Below are positions 36,501 through 49,829 of a stretch of 64,000 bases of DNA, piece by piece. Origin of the DNA: Blepharisma stoltei ATCC 30299. Taxonomy: Eukaryota > Protista > Ciliophora. Location of the stretch: NCBI GenBank assembly GCA_965603825.1, contig CBFDEM010000003.1, forward strand, positions 310,001 to 374,000. Direction: 5' to 3'. The notes beneath the pieces are model-generated. The model searched no databases, was not told the DNA's origin, and saw only the letters and a program-made list of their open reading frames with translations. Each line of letters begins with the position of its first letter. The stretch's first letter is position 1. The translations under genes and the position numbers were made by a program.

Positions 36501-39500
36501 ATGCTTATTTAAAACAGGGTCAAGCAAAGGATTTAATGTTTCGCCTACATCTTCAATTAGCATAGGAACTCCATCCCTTAGACAAGCTTTTAAACTCCTT
36601 TCAAAGTCTTTATCAGTCTGCTTAATAAGTTTCAGTCCCTTTGACTCCTCCATCTTTCTAATCCACCTATTAGCCTGCTCTTGAGGATCAATCATAAGTG
36701 GCCATCTTTCTGACCTAGTGACCAAAATTGCATTGCTAACACTCACAGAATCAGTAGGAAGAGTCGCAATATTCCATTCTCTAATTACAAGTGGATCGCC
36801 CATTACGTCAATTAAATCAAAATTGCTGCTGAATGGTATTCCAAGCTCTTGACATTTGCTCATCCAAAAGGCTACTAGCTTGTTTCTATATAACCCAGAA
36901 AAAGGTCCATAATAGTTGATACAAGCTGCTGACAAATAAATGTCTCCTAAAATATTTCGCAATTTTTCTGTCAGTCTGTCCACTGAAATTTTCCATCTTT
37001 GGTGCTCATCTTTAAGACCTTCAGTTAATACAGAAGCTCTTGAAAGTCTTAAATTTGTGGTCTGGATTTCATTGTCTAAGCTGATTTGCTCATCTAGTAC
37101 TGCTTTAAATTTGGCCTCAAGTCCTGCAACCTTTTCTTGTTCGACTCTTAATCTGTTCTGTGTATCAGCTAAATTTGCAACGGCTTCAGCTAATGTTTTG
37201 TTGAGCTCTTCTAGTCTTTTTCGTTTAGGCTCGACTTCTTTTGATACTTGTGCGTAGTTTACTATGGCATAGACCCACTCACATAGAGATTTAGATGCGA
37301 CATTTTGGCCGCCAACTTTTTCAGGAGTAAAGTCAGGGAGACTGGCAATTTTATTTTTCAGCTTTTTGAGGGTGACTGGCTTTATACTGTCTTTCGGGAA
37401 TTTTATTAGAGTATCTAAGAAGTTGTTTTGGAGGATTTTTCTGATGGATTCCCAAGAAGTCTGGGCTTCTAACAAGATAGCGATCGCTTCAAGAGTGAAC
37501 ACAACTAGTTTAGGAGGGTTGGCGAAGGTTCTGATTTCTGCTATATCTTTTGTGTTTATATTTCCTAATGCTCTGATTGCTTCTTCTAATATAGGCATGG
37601 CTTGGTTCAGGTCAGCTTCAGCATCTTCTTGTAGGACTTTGATTTCTTGAGTTTTCATGTTTACCTCTCTTTCCTCATCTTCTACAATTTCTCTAACTTT
37701 ATTTGCTTGGACTGTATCTACTTCAAGTTTTTTCCCTAATTCTTCACATTCTTTTTTATTTACTTCTAAAACAGGTGCTAGATTCACAAGTGTTTTTTGC
37801 ATTTCCTGCACATCTAAATTAGTCTTAATTAACTGGTCAACACCATTTCTGTATCTTTGTCGGGCTCCGCTTAGCTCTTTCTGTTTTTCTTCGAGGAGCT
37901 TGAAATAGCCAGATATTAAATCAATGTAACTTTTTGGAGTGATATACACTTTTCTGTTTAAAATTTGGTAAAACTCATCAGCCATTTCAATGACACTCTG
38001 ATGGACATCAACGCATAATCGAGCTAAAGCTGCTTTTACTTTCAAAGACTCATCCCTTGGTAAGAAGTCAATACTCAAATCTTGGAATTTGCTTTCAGAC
38101 ACACTTAAAAGTGCATCATTAGGCCATGGATCAACCCAATCAATTGTGCAGCAATTTACTAATGATGGGAACATTCTCATTCGGACTCTCAAAGCATCAC
38201 CAACAGGACTCATGCATAGAACAATATGCAAGTTTTCTCTCACCCTTTGTATGAAAAAGTTGTAAACGTTTTCAAACACTTTTTCCTTTTCTGCAACAAT
38301 TCTAAGATCTTGTTCAATAGGATCAAGCTCTTCTTTTGTAAAGAGATTAGGCACTTCTCCAGAATTTAAAATATTGTTTATGTCTTCAAGAAAAGATTCA
38401 CTTATTATTTGGGTGTCAGTCAGCAAAAATACTGATGGCTTTGGAATCACCCCTCCTGCTGCCACAAACAGCTTTTTCAAGTCTTCTCTAAAAGAAGCTA
38501 ACTTATAGTCCTTGGTCACTTGAATTTGGAAGAATTCACAATGGCACATAAAAGCAGCCAGTTTCGTAAGTGACTGTTTTCCACACCCGCCGACACCAAT
38601 TAGCATAGCATTTCCTCTCTGTTGCCGTAAAATTCTGCACAGCCTAGATAGATGTTCAATTGCATCATTAAAGAAGACTAGTTTCATTTCGTGGGTTCCT
38701 ACTGAATTATACTCATCAAGGAACTCGTTTACTCTCCTCATAAGAATTTGTGTGCTGCCCACCATCTCGTACTCTCTTTCGTCCATAGCTAAATCCCCTT
38801 TAAGGAAATCTGCAAAAATGATGGTTTTTTCAACAAATACTTGATCATGGGTTAAAGCAAGTCTGAAATGCTGACCAAGGATTTTTGTGACCATTTCTGT
38901 GAACCAGCGCTTGTCTTGCTTATTAATAAGTCTGTCATGGAACACTCTCATTGCTTCGTGAACCCAAAGGAAAATCACACTATCAGGGTTATTCAAACTT
39001 CTAGGTTTGCCCATAAGAATCCCTTGGAATACTTTAGAAACATCACGAAGGTTGAATAAATAATGTGACTTAGCTGGAGTTGGCAATAGTTCTACACTAA
39101 TTTGCTGATAAATGTGAATGGTAGCGGAAACGATCTGTGGGACTATCGCAATGACCTCACTTTTCCAGCCTTTACTATAGAAGCCATCACAAATAGTCTT
39201 GAAAATGGTTATCATATTTTCTTCACTTGTATGTGGAATACACAATACATGGAAATGCCTTGTAAACCTCTGGGTTAGTTTGTTTCGTCCTCCTTCAGGT
39301 GGCGCTGCACAGCAGATAAGTGTGGTGTCTACAATTCTTAATGGGAACTTTTTCTCGCGATCATATATAAAGCCTTGATCGCAAAATTGACGCAAAAGCT
39401 CTATTGGTGGTTGGGCTCCAAACTTTTCTACAGCCGGCATATTAACGTCATCTATCAGTAAGGCTACTTTTTTGGTCCCTGGACCACCAAGTAAGTCTTT

Positions 39501-42500
39501 TCTTTTTGCGTCAAGTTTAGTAACAATTGAGTTTTGGGTGTAGAGCGATGAAGTTTGTGCTGAAAACGTGATGAAAATGGGGTACATGTTGTCGGTTTCT
39601 TTCATGCTTGTCAAAGTATTTGTGATGATTACGGATTTTCCTACTCCTGTGTAGCCAGTTATGAAGACTGGGTGCTGAATGCTTATATTGTATTTAAGAA
39701 GGTGCTCAAAACGTATTGTATCTTTAGTAGGAACGAGCAGCTGAAAATAACTCACATCAGGGTTATACACAAATTCATTTTTCATGGAATCCCACTGCTT
39801 GTAATCGCCTTGGATTTTGTTGGAAACAACACAAGAGTCATACAATGATCCCTTGGGTAAGTCTACATTAAGATCTGAAGATATAGCAGAGTCGAACTTA
39901 ACCATACTATTGGTATCTAAAGCGCCTCCAATCGACCAAGTCAAGCAGAACACAAATATTTTATCAAGATACTTCTTAAACTGCTCAATATTATCATTAA
40001 ATCTTGGATTTCTATCAAACTGAGCCACTGCTTTTAATAAGTTGCAAAATGAATTAATCAATGAATTGGTCATGGTTGGTATTGGCTCAGACAATCTTTG
40101 TACGATTGATAAAGCTTTACCCATATAAGTGCTTATAAGTGTAACTAAATGATCCCTTTGCTCAGGCTGCCATTCTGATAGCTCTTTGGTAATCCATGTT
40201 TGTATAAGAGCTTTCCAGCCAACAGCTTCGATATTCATATATACCATACCGCAACGAGAGACAGTAGCTGGAGAGGCTGAAGAAAGATCAGCGACTTCGA
40301 AGAGCATCCTCATTTCTGGCTTAAGTTTTATTCTTTCTTGGTTTGCCAAACATAGCATCATATTGTCATCAAGGACTGTGTTCATGTTTTCAATCCATAA
40401 TGAGTCTACTGGTCCATCAAATACAACCCACCGCCTTGTGAGTTCTTCTTTTTTAGCAAATTCTCTCATAATTGAGCTGGCTAAGCCATCTTTCCAGTCA
40501 AAAGTGACTTCGTTGTATTCACCATATAATTCACCCATTGAAATTGCTTTAGGATTTAGTATTTGGAATTGTACTTTTTGGTAGCTCTGGTTGCGAGAAT
40601 TTTTCATTCTCAGCAGAGTCAAGGCTTGTGCCAAAATTTTGTAGCAAATCGATTTTCCTGCAGTTGCAGGCCCCACAATCATGACACCAAATCTAACCTC
40701 AAAAGTTTCAAACAGCTGTATCACTTTATTCACAAATGTATCAATCGGCTGTAATCGTTCTTTATCAATGCATTCTCTAATTGCTGCTTCTAGCTCTCCA
40801 TAATCCACATTAGGAATATCAACATCTGGAAATAAATCTTGCACAATCGCATTAAATAAGACTAAATCTTCCTTCAAAAACTTCGGGACATTTGAATCTT
40901 TCATAGCTCTTATCAAAATGATATCTTCAGTCAGATGAGGCTCTTTTCTTTTCAAAGAACCAGCCATGTTCAGCACACTTTTTACAGCTCTCATACCAAA
41001 ATCATAATGGTCTTGCTGAGAAAGCTGTTCTGAAGCAAGCTTATAAAGCTTCGTCATTTTACCTGACAAGTGTTTGGCATTTTTGAAGCCTTCAGCATAT
41101 AGCATGATTTCTGCAATAAGAGTATAGTCAGGAACCATCATAGAAACAGGCCTAAACAGAACTTTTAAGTTGTCAGGGAGTTCAGTTCTGCCAGCATAGC
41201 TTGGGTTCATGGTAATAAACACGCCAGTTTCTATCCTCAGTAGAACTTTTTTGTCTTCAAAAAAGAATTCTGGTTTGTTGTCATCTTTAGACTGCTTAAT
41301 AATTCTAAGCTGCTGAGCAATAACTGAGAGAACCTCAATATCAATTCTATTGAACTCATCCAAACAGCTCCAAGAGCCTGTGTAGCAGAGCCCCATAAAG
41401 AGTTTTTCCATCATTTGGTAAGTGATTTGTTCAGAACAGTTGAAAACAATGCAATATTTGCCCATAGCTTTGGCAAGGTCTTTTACAGACTCAGTTTTAC
41501 CAGTACCTGCTGGGCCTGCAGGAGCTGAGCCTAAGTTGATTTTCATAGCCCCTGTGATGGTCATCCAGCACCTATCAGTAAGCGGAGTAATGACTAGCCT
41601 TGTGGTAGCTCCCATAAATTCGAACCCATACTCCAAGTCAGCATTCAGCTGAGAAATTTTGAATTTCTCTTCGAAATCAGCCCAATAGTAGCGTAAATGT
41701 TTTTGCCATCTAAAATCGCTTGCAGAAGTGACTTCTTCGTCTTTAAGCATCTCTATAGTATCTCTATTATGGACATCTTGAGTGACAAGAGCTACAATTC
41801 TTCGTCTCATTGCTAAAGTTAGCTCTTCTCTTACAAGATTTGTAAGTTCTTCCAGATATCCATTGATAACATCATGTCAATCAGTCAGAGACTCACTTAC
41901 GTCACTTTTTCCAGACAAATTCTCCTCTGTGCTTCAGGTCCACATAATCATAGCAGTGCATAGGATGACTTGGCTTACCAAATCAGTGCTCAAAATGAAA
42001 TCTTTGCGAGATAGGTCACCATATTTTTTGATGGCTTCTCTGATATAGCGACGCAATGACTCACTCATTTGTGTTTCAAGCGTTTTCAGCCACTCATCAG
42101 GATTTCCTTTAGACTTGATTTTGGAGTGCAGCGTCAAAGTTTCTTTCTCTGCTGAAATCAGCCCAGTAAAAGACTCTGCTTTGTCTTCTTCAAACTCTAG
42201 CTCATAGATATTCTCAAACATACTCTTCAAGTGGGTCTGAATTTCCCTTGCATTTTGTGAATTAGAAAGAATTATCAATAACTCATCGTTAGAAAGGAAG
42301 AAAAATCTAGGGAAATTGACCCTTTGTTTATCAAGATGCTCTTCTATTTTCTTCTGCAGTTTTTCTAAGTTTTTGTTTGTGTCTTGCAAGCTTTTAAGAA
42401 GCCCTTCTTCTGTAGCAGCTTTTAGTGCATTGGGAGAGTCCCACACTTTTTTCATTCTTTCTTTGAAAAAGGTGTCAATTGTCAAAAATGCTTTGTGGCT

Positions 42501-45500
42501 TTTATTAAGCTTTTTTGCAATATCTCCACTTCTGAAGATTTTGTCAAGCTCGCCCCATTGTTTTTGGCATAGAAGTCATTCATCAAGAGTGGCAGCAAAG
42601 ACTTTGAAAACTTTGTTCCAATAGTCAACTTTTTCAAACATTGGGCCTACGAATCTATTAGAAATTAAAGTTGAAAGACCAGCTTGAGAGTCTTCAAGCT
42701 TAACCATGATTTCGTCAACTTCTTTAAATATATAGTTCTCTTCGACTTTTTCAACGTGGAATTCAATATTGTCCCAGCCTGATACAATCTCGCTGAGCTG
42801 GTTTTGGATTTCTTCTTCTTTTCTAGCCCTTAATGCAATTTCTGCAATTTCTTCTCTCATATTGTTGACTTTGATGTCCAAAAGCTTTCTTAAAGTAAAA
42901 GTTTCGTCTTTTATATCAATATCAATCCCAATAACTTTTCTTATCTGTTCCCAATGCCTTTCTTCTAGTCCTTTAAACCTTAAATCGCTGACAATTGGCA
43001 TTGTGTCTTTCAGCACGTCAACATATGACTTAAGCACTTGTGGTACATAATTTCCTTGGTCTTCCAGCGATTTGCACTTTTTAGCGATTTTATCGTACCC
43101 ATCGACTTCTTTGCTGATAACTTCTACATCAATTTTGCAAAATGGAGTATTGCTCCAGATCACAATTTTCTTTTCCCATTCATCCAAAGCCTTCCACATT
43201 TCATTCTTATTTTTCCAGTCTTTAAACGTATCTTCTACCTCTGGGTATTCTTTAGGCTCCATTTCTAGCTCTAAATAGTAATTTCTGAAATCCTTGGTAT
43301 CTTGCACCAAATTTACTACTTTTTCTCCGATATCTGCTAAAAATGCAATGTTTTCTTGCTTATTTGCATCTTTATTAGCGAAATTTTCATTTTTAAGCAG
43401 CTCTTTGATATCGTTATTTCTTTTTTCTACTGAATGTGCGCTCTCCCTGAGCATTCTAGTAAATTTAGTCTTATCATTTTCTCCACGCTCATAAAAGGCT
43501 TGCATTTTTGTCCTTAGTGAGTCTAATTGTGTCAACGTTTCGTTATATTTTCTTTTATTAAGATCAGTGAATCTAATGCTATATGCTTCCATGAGCTGCA
43601 TTAAATCTTTCAAATCATTGACGCGATTTGTGATGTCTTGCAAGCTGTCTTCAATCACCTTCATATGCTTGACCACATTTATGTATTCCTCTACTTTTTT
43701 AGGGATTCCTTTGATATTGTTATTGTATTCTCCCAAAGTTTTGGTCAGTTTCATTGCTGAGTCTAAAGCAATTTCTGGAAGCAGCTCTTCTATTTTTTGC
43801 AAACAGTGTTTTGGGGATGGGATGAGCTTTCTCTTAATGTTCAGGACATGTAGCTGGAATATCCCAACGTCTTCTTCTTCCTTCATTGTTTTGAAATCGT
43901 GGATCTGCCTTTTATATTCATCAATTGCATGCTTAATTTCTTCAATTTCTGCATCTCTGTATTTCTCTATATCCATTCTTGAATTTTCGATATAAATGTC
44001 AAGATTTGGCAGCAAATGCTGAGAGAAATTTACAAGTGTGGCGAACGAGATATCAATTCCATCCTTAATGTCGCTGCCAATTTTCTTTATCATTTCATCG
44101 TTTACTACCATCTGTAATAAGTCGAATTCTTCTTCTACTGGCTTTTCTTCGAATTCGTCTAGAGCTTTTGTATATCTTTCGAACTCAGGGACGCTTACAA
44201 GCATGTAGTTGTTTAGAAGCATGGTTAAGCCCCTTAGTATGGCGTCATCAATAGCAATTTTCACAGCTTCGTTGTCAGGCTCATAAAAGATTTCTCGAAG
44301 CTCAAAATCTGAATTGATAACCAGCAGAGGGCTGTGCTGCCTTCTTTGCCCAATAAATTTTTTATCTTTTTGTCCATAGTCGAAATTGACGACTTTTAGT
44401 ACTTTTTGTGTGGATTGGACTGATAAGCTCATTTTTGCATCAATAATTTGATAGTCACATAGTCTAATGAACTTCGCTAATCTTTTATAGTGGGTTCTTA
44501 TAATTGCTTCTTGGGTGTATGGCATTTGCTTATTTGATATATCACCAACCAAAAATGGGTCAGCGTCTTCTTCTGGGCCTTTTCTGCCTTCTTCATCATT
44601 GACTGTAGTTTTATTTTCTCTTCTAAACGCTTCTAATGATTCTTTGCAAGAAATCGCGACCAGATTTTTGATATTCGTTTCTAAGTCTTCAAGTTCATCC
44701 CCAACAGCAATTCTTTTGGAATCCTGAGCTGCATTGAATTCTTCAAGAGTCCTTACATTGTCAAAATTCAAGTCAAGTAAATCAAATCTTAATATTTTCC
44801 AGCTTTGATGGCGGACATTTAGCAGAGGGTCTCTAAGCTTATTATCAAGAATAAACAGCTCATGTTCTAGGTATTGAGCTCGTTCAGTCATCATATTTCT
44901 TCTTCTTAGATTTTTCCACAGTGAAAAGTTTTTCCATTTTTTATATTGTTTGAAAAATTTGATTTCTTTTAGCCTCTGATAAAGTTTATATTCTCTTTCC
45001 CATTCTTCTAGTGATAAAAAGTAAGCTTCCCCTTTGATAAAATGAGTGACACCTCTTGAGCTAATAGTAAGGTATTCATTTGGGTTCTTCTTTTTGAATG
45101 GGACTAGCTCAAAGTCATAAGAATCCCCTTTTCTGTTGCAGTACCAGAAATCCTCCATAAGTTCAGGGTCTGATTTTATGACTTGTATAAAGTCATAAGG
45201 TGTTGGGTTTTCGGCCACTTCATTTGTAAGCATTTCTTCTTCTTTTAAAGGTCTTGCATCTCCATGGACGTGCTTTTTCCTGTTCCCAGTCTTTAATGGA
45301 GGCAAATTTTTAATTTTGAAGCTTTTAGTTGACGACAAAAGTGGCTCAATTTTTCTTGTTTCATCAGAAAGTATTCCAAGCCTTTTGGTTTCTTCTGTAA
45401 ACACCATCGACCCACCTTTTGTCATTAAAGTCATAGCTGGGGAAAACACGGAGCCTTTAAGAAATGGGGAAAGGGGTTCAAGCGTTTTGGGTTTCCGAAG

Positions 45501-45668
45501 ATTTGTGGTGGATTGAGCATTCAGTGATTGAAGCCGAGGGACTAAGGATGGTTTTGGCTTGGAGAGCTGGAGTGCAGTGTTGCTGGCGTTTCTGGCTATG
45601 CCTTTATTTCCAAATTTGTCTTGGGGTCTAAGCCGATCTGCGAGTTTTCTTCTTAAATCTTCTTCCAT
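33546..45668 (-). CDS. DNAH6: Axonemal inner-arm dynein heavy chain, DNAH6-like (~4040 aa)
   Basis: Four ORFs in one frame via 4 TGA; FPRFFFLSNDELL, P-loops GPAGTGKT, GPATAGKS, GYTGVGKS and GVGGCGKQS; WPLMIDPQ; C-terminal HWIQRGAAFLCQLDD. The subfamily call is tentative. Confidence 0.93.
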
Positions 45669-45940
45669 ATTGTTTGTATTCTCAGTAACTGTTTATTTGA
45701 ATTATTTTTTGGATTTTATAAAATAAATATCTGTAATACTTGCTAGCATGCAATCACAGTATTGCTTTTCTATATAAGCGTTTTTAAATTTTATAATGTT
45801 TATCAATGCAATAAATATACGTTTTATATAAATAAAGTGATTTATAATAATTGCAAATATAGATATTTATCTAAAGATTTTAAAATATTTAATTCCTATA
45901 CATTTTTTTATATAATCGGCTTTTATATTAATATGCAAAA

Positions 45941-47041
45941 TTATTTTCTATCAGGATCCCAATATGAAGTCAATAAAGTCACTGTCAAATGAAGATGCAC
46001 AATCATGGCTAAGTCCTCTTCATTCCCATTTTCAGGAAAAATGAAAACTTTGCCTCTTAAAATTGCATCTTCTAAATAAGATAAACTTCTCTTTCCTTTT
46101 TTCCCTTTTAGAATCAAAGATATCTCTTGCCCAATCGGAGTGGCTTCAATTGCTAAGACAGTTCAGCCTCCATGAACAGCCCTTTCAGCATCTTTCATAC
46201 ATTCCTCAACTTCTCCAGCTAAGATGCATAAGCCTCTACATTGGAAAGCATTGCTTCCTCCTACTCCTTTTCTAAGCTTGTCTGCTAACAAAATTTTGAA
46301 AAGGGCAATATCATTTCATTTCATATTATCATTTTTATGTCCCAGTACAAACAAATGAGAATGGCCAGCTGATAGTTCATTTGGAGGATTTCCGCTATTT
46401 ACTTTGGTAGGATACAAAATTTGATCTTCTGGGCAAATCCCTATCAGCTTTACTTTTTTTCTTAAACAAGAATATTCAAACCCATTTCTAAGCCCATTAT
46501 CAATTATTACAGCATCAGTCTTCATAGCAGCCCTTACAGTCCCTATAAGTAGTTCTGAATATTGAAACAAATTAAACCCAGAAAGCATAATTACTGGGCA
46601 ATTTTCTTTAAAGCCTGCGTCAATCAAAATTTCTTTAAAATTTAAATCTCTTCTATTTGGATTCGGGATATTGCACAATTTCGCAACATTTTGACCTGGA
46701 AATAGCATCTCATTTACAGTTCAATCTTTGTTAAGCTCTTTAATTGTTTGTCGTTTATTTGATAAATTTGTTTGAGCTTTATCAATTTCAGGGGTAAATG
46801 ATGAATAAAGATCTGGGGTTTCTGGGATTGAGTAATGATGATCATGGCGGCTTCTTGATACTGATCGCTTTTTAATGTGAGGAGATTCTTTTCCATAAGA
46901 AATTATGCCATATCTTTTTATTGGATCTCCTGGCCTGCTTTCAGGACTCATAGAAATACTTCTATGTGAAAAACTTGAATTTGTTTTCGATTCAAAAGAG
47001 TTTCTAATTCCATGATGAAAAGAATTTGATGCCCTGTCCAT
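45941..47041 (-). CDS. Stand-alone SLOG (TRPM N-terminal/LSDAT-like) domain protein
   Basis: PVIMLSG, AAMKTDAVIIDNG, KLIGICP and LSAGHSHLFVL..W; three TGA=Trp codons; ends TAA at 45941. Confidence 0.7.
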
Positions 47042-47181
47042 TTTATGATAAATCTTTATAAAAAGATTTTTATTTCTTCACATATTATCATATACTTATA
47101 TATAAACTAAATTTAATTATTCTGCTTACTTAACCCTAAAAATTTATAAATTTCAATTTAGGACAACTAAATCTGGTTATT

Positions 47182-48591
47182 TTAAGATGTTCTTTCATAT
47201 TCAACTTCAGACATGTTATTGCCTTTGTTTACTTGAAAAGCAAAATCAGTAGATGACACTTCGACCTTTCCCCATTTGTTGATTAGCAGTATCATGTAGC
47301 TCTCTTGTCTCATAAGTATAATGCCATTCCTTACGAAGATTGAAGAATTAATCCTGATCGTTCTGGCAACGTCTTCACTAGGCAGCTGCAGCTTTATGCA
47401 CCCAGTTTCGTCACCGACTAAGACTTCCCAAGCTGTAAAAGTGTTCGATCTGGTTTTTACTTGGACTTGGTAAGGCTCAGAAGCTGCTTTGCATTTGATG
47501 TTAAAGCCTCTGAGCTCAGGCTCTAAAGAACCGACTTGGGTAAACGCAGGAGGTTGCTTGGTAGAAGATTGTTCAGACCTCGGTTTGTAGTGCTGCTGGC
47601 CTTCAGTTTCTCCCCAGCTTTCATGAGGCTTTTCTTCGTGGCTTTCATATTGTCTGTTGTCTCGATTATTATAGCCTCCACGGTTTCCTCTTCTTTGATT
47701 TCTACGGTCATTGTTGCGTGGCCTATCTCCATAATAATTACGTTCTTGGTTTGAAGTTGATGGCCTGTCTTCATTTTGGTGCTCATCAGAGTGCTCTTTT
47801 GAAGTTTCTTGATTTCTGACTTGATCATGAGATGTATAAGGACGACCTCTGTAGTTGTTATTATATCCGCCTCTTCTATTTCCTCTCCCTCTATATCTGC
47901 CACGGCCTCTTCCTTCATTATATGAATCTTCTTTTATTTCATGATGTTCATCTTTATGCTCTTCATTGCGGTATCTCTGCTGATGCTCATCTCTATGGCC
48001 TTCATTATGGTATCTCTGCTGGCGTTCATCTCTATGGCCTTCATTGTTGTATCTCTGCTGATGTTCGTCTCTGTTGTATCTCTGTGGATTTTCATCTCCA
48101 TGGCCTTCATTATGGTATCTTTGCTGACGGCCTTCATTATGGTATCTCTGCTGACGATCATCTCTATGGCCTTCGTTATGATATCTCTGTTGGTTGTGAT
48201 AAGCGTCGTTAGTTCTCTGATTTTGCCTTCTATTTTCCACATTTCTGTCCTCGTGAGTCTCATTTTTTCTGAAACCCCATTGTTCTTCATCGCGATCACC
48301 ATGGCTTTGATAAGTTCTGTTATTTTCATGGGTATTGTCGCCATAGTGCTTGAATTGGCCTCTTCTACGGTTTCCTCTGTAGCCTCTTCTTTCCTGGGGA
48401 CGATTTTCTGAAGAGTAATGTCCTTGTTGACGATTGTCGCTTCCTCCGTATGAAGAGCCTTTGTAACCACTGGATTCGCCTTGATTTTGGGTATTGCTGG
48501 TCCCGTCAGCCCAAGGGTCATCGATGTTTGAATCACCAGCTACACCTGTGGATCCGCTGAATCCTTGAGGTTTTCTATCGAGATCAGACAT
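47182..48591 (-). CDS. Low-complexity RGG/RG-rich protein with a C-terminal OB-fold nucleic-acid-binding domain (SSB/At4g28440-like)
   Basis: C-terminus FTQVGSLEP..GFNI...EVLVGDETGCI...VRNG...INKWGKVE...NNMSEVEYE; N-terminal RGRGRYRGRGNRRGGY. Confidence 0.8.
   Translation of the reverse strand: MSDLDRKPQGFSGSTGVAGDSNIDDPWADGTSNTQNQGESSGYKGSSYGGSDNRQQGHYSSENRPQERRGYRGNRRRGQFKHYGDNTHENNRTYQSHGDRDEEQWGFRKNETHEDRNVENRRQNQRTNDAYHNQQRYHNEGHRDDRQQRYHNEGRQQRYHNEGHGDENPQRYNRDEHQQRYNNEGHRDERQQRYHNEGHRDEHQQRYRNEEHKDEHHEIKEDSYNEGRGRGRYRGRGNRRGGYNNNYRGRPYTSHDQVRNQETSKEHSDEHQNEDRPSTSNQERNYYGDRPRNNDRRNQRRGNRGGYNNRDNRQYESHEEKPHESWGETEGQQHYKPRSEQSSTKQPPAFTQVGSLEPELRGFNIKCKAASEPYQVQVKTRSNTFTAWEVLVGDETGCIKLQLPSEDVARTIRINSSIFVRNGIILMRQESYMILLINKWGKVEVSSTDFAFQVNKGNNMSEVEYERTS
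47950..48195 (-). repeat. Coding tandem repeat, ~39-bp unit (QQRYHNEGHRDE), about 7 degenerate copies
   Basis: Repeated ctctgctg..catctctatggccttcattatggtat on the + strand, with some truncated units. Confidence 0.85.
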
Positions 48592-48796
48592 CTCTTATAT
48601 AGTTTATTGCATTAAAATCAGTCGTAGATTAAGAATATACAAGTATTGCATCTTGTGTATATTATAGGCATTTTATTTATCGGATTTGAGAGAAGAGCTC
48701 AATTATATTTTTATATGGATTATGTTATAATTGTGAAATTTGATTATTTAATGGACTTTGGGGTGATAGTAAATTTCTCAGATGCAATAAGAATTT

Positions 48797-49492
48797 TTAA
48801 AACCAATCAGCCGAACTTTTACTAAAGGGGCATTCTGGAGTTTTTGCTTTCAGCTTGCTTGCAGAAGGAAGAGGCGGCTTTATTGAGTCTAAAGATGGCC
48901 GAATCATGTTGACATTTTGAAAATTAGTCATGCGATGGTGGGCTTCTCTTATTTTCACAACAACCCCCATCGAGCTTCTCAATCGATTTCCAGAAATTTC
49001 CTTTAAATCAGAGCCACTTTTAGAAATAGCAAGTTTTTGTGATTTTGGTCTTCTAAAGCCATTCATTGAATTTCTCAAATCTGAAGCATTATAAAACACT
49101 TCGCAGGAATTCATCCTATTAGGAAGAGGTTCTGCAAAGATATCAGTATTATTTTCATCAGAAACCCTATCTTCAGAGTCGGATTTCGTCTTGCAATTTT
49201 TATTTAATTTCAAACTTTGGATTCTTACAGTCCCACGCTTGGATTTAGGTATTATTTGTTCATCTTGGCTTGACGAAGGCTCAAAAGATCCTTCGCTTGA
49301 GTTAGAGCTGAGCGACGTTAGGCAGGCTGAGGGAGAAAGGCTTTGTGAGTTGGCTGAGGACCTTTGTGTAAAAGAACTGTGAGTTGCAGACCTTATATTT
49401 ATCCTTGATGCTTTGGAGCCAAGACTTCCTGGCCGTGGAGGAAGTTTGAGAGGGGCAAGTTGGACTAATTCGTTATTCGGAGAAGGATCCAT
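48797..49492 (-). CDS. Ser-rich disordered hypothetical protein
   Basis: Intact 231-aa ORF with higher GC than its flanks. Confidence 0.65.
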   Translation of the reverse strand: MDPSPNNELVQLAPLKLPPRPGSLGSKASRINIRSATHSSFTQRSSANSQSLSPSACLTSLSSNSSEGSFEPSSSQDEQIIPKSKRGTVRIQSLKLNKNCKTKSDSEDRVSDENNTDIFAEPLPNRMNSCEVFYNASDLRNSMNGFRRPKSQKLAISKSGSDLKEISGNRLRSSMGVVVKIREAHHRMTNFQNVNMIRPSLDSIKPPLPSASKLKAKTPECPFSKSSADWF

Positions 49493-49829
49493 TATGAAGT
49501 AATAAAATTCATCGTTAATTATAAGGATGGATTATTAGTATTATGTATGGTGGATGGTTGCATATGGAATTCTCCATAATTTTTAAATTAGTTTTGAGCA
49601 TATTAGCCGATAATAAACGGCTATGTTAAATATGATCTGTGAGAAACTCAATGAAAATGTCGTTTATTATTATAATTTTAACTTAGAAAAATTAAAAAAG
49701 ATTTTTATTTTGCAATTAATATCCCAAAAATTTTTGTGGAAAATTGTTTATTGAAATTTCAATGAAAAAGCTAATTATTGTCTTATAGGTCATATTATGT
49801 TTACTATTATAGAGATGCTTAAATAGAAA

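Noticed and set aside
34150-45516. Many plus-strand ORFs opposite the dynein gene
   Set aside because: Typical antisense shadows of a long coding region.
46072-46086. GTTTATCTTATTTAG on the minus strand, matching the 15-nt intron consensus
   Set aside because: The frame is open without splicing (RSLSYLE), so it cannot be decided from sequence alone; not listed as an intron.
47950-48195. CRISPR-like periodicity
   Set aside because: There are no unique spacers, the repeat is in-frame coding, and the context is eukaryotic.
47523-48536. Several long alternative-frame and antisense ORFs with repeats
   Set aside because: They are shadows of the coding tandem repeat and low-complexity region of the OB-fold gene.
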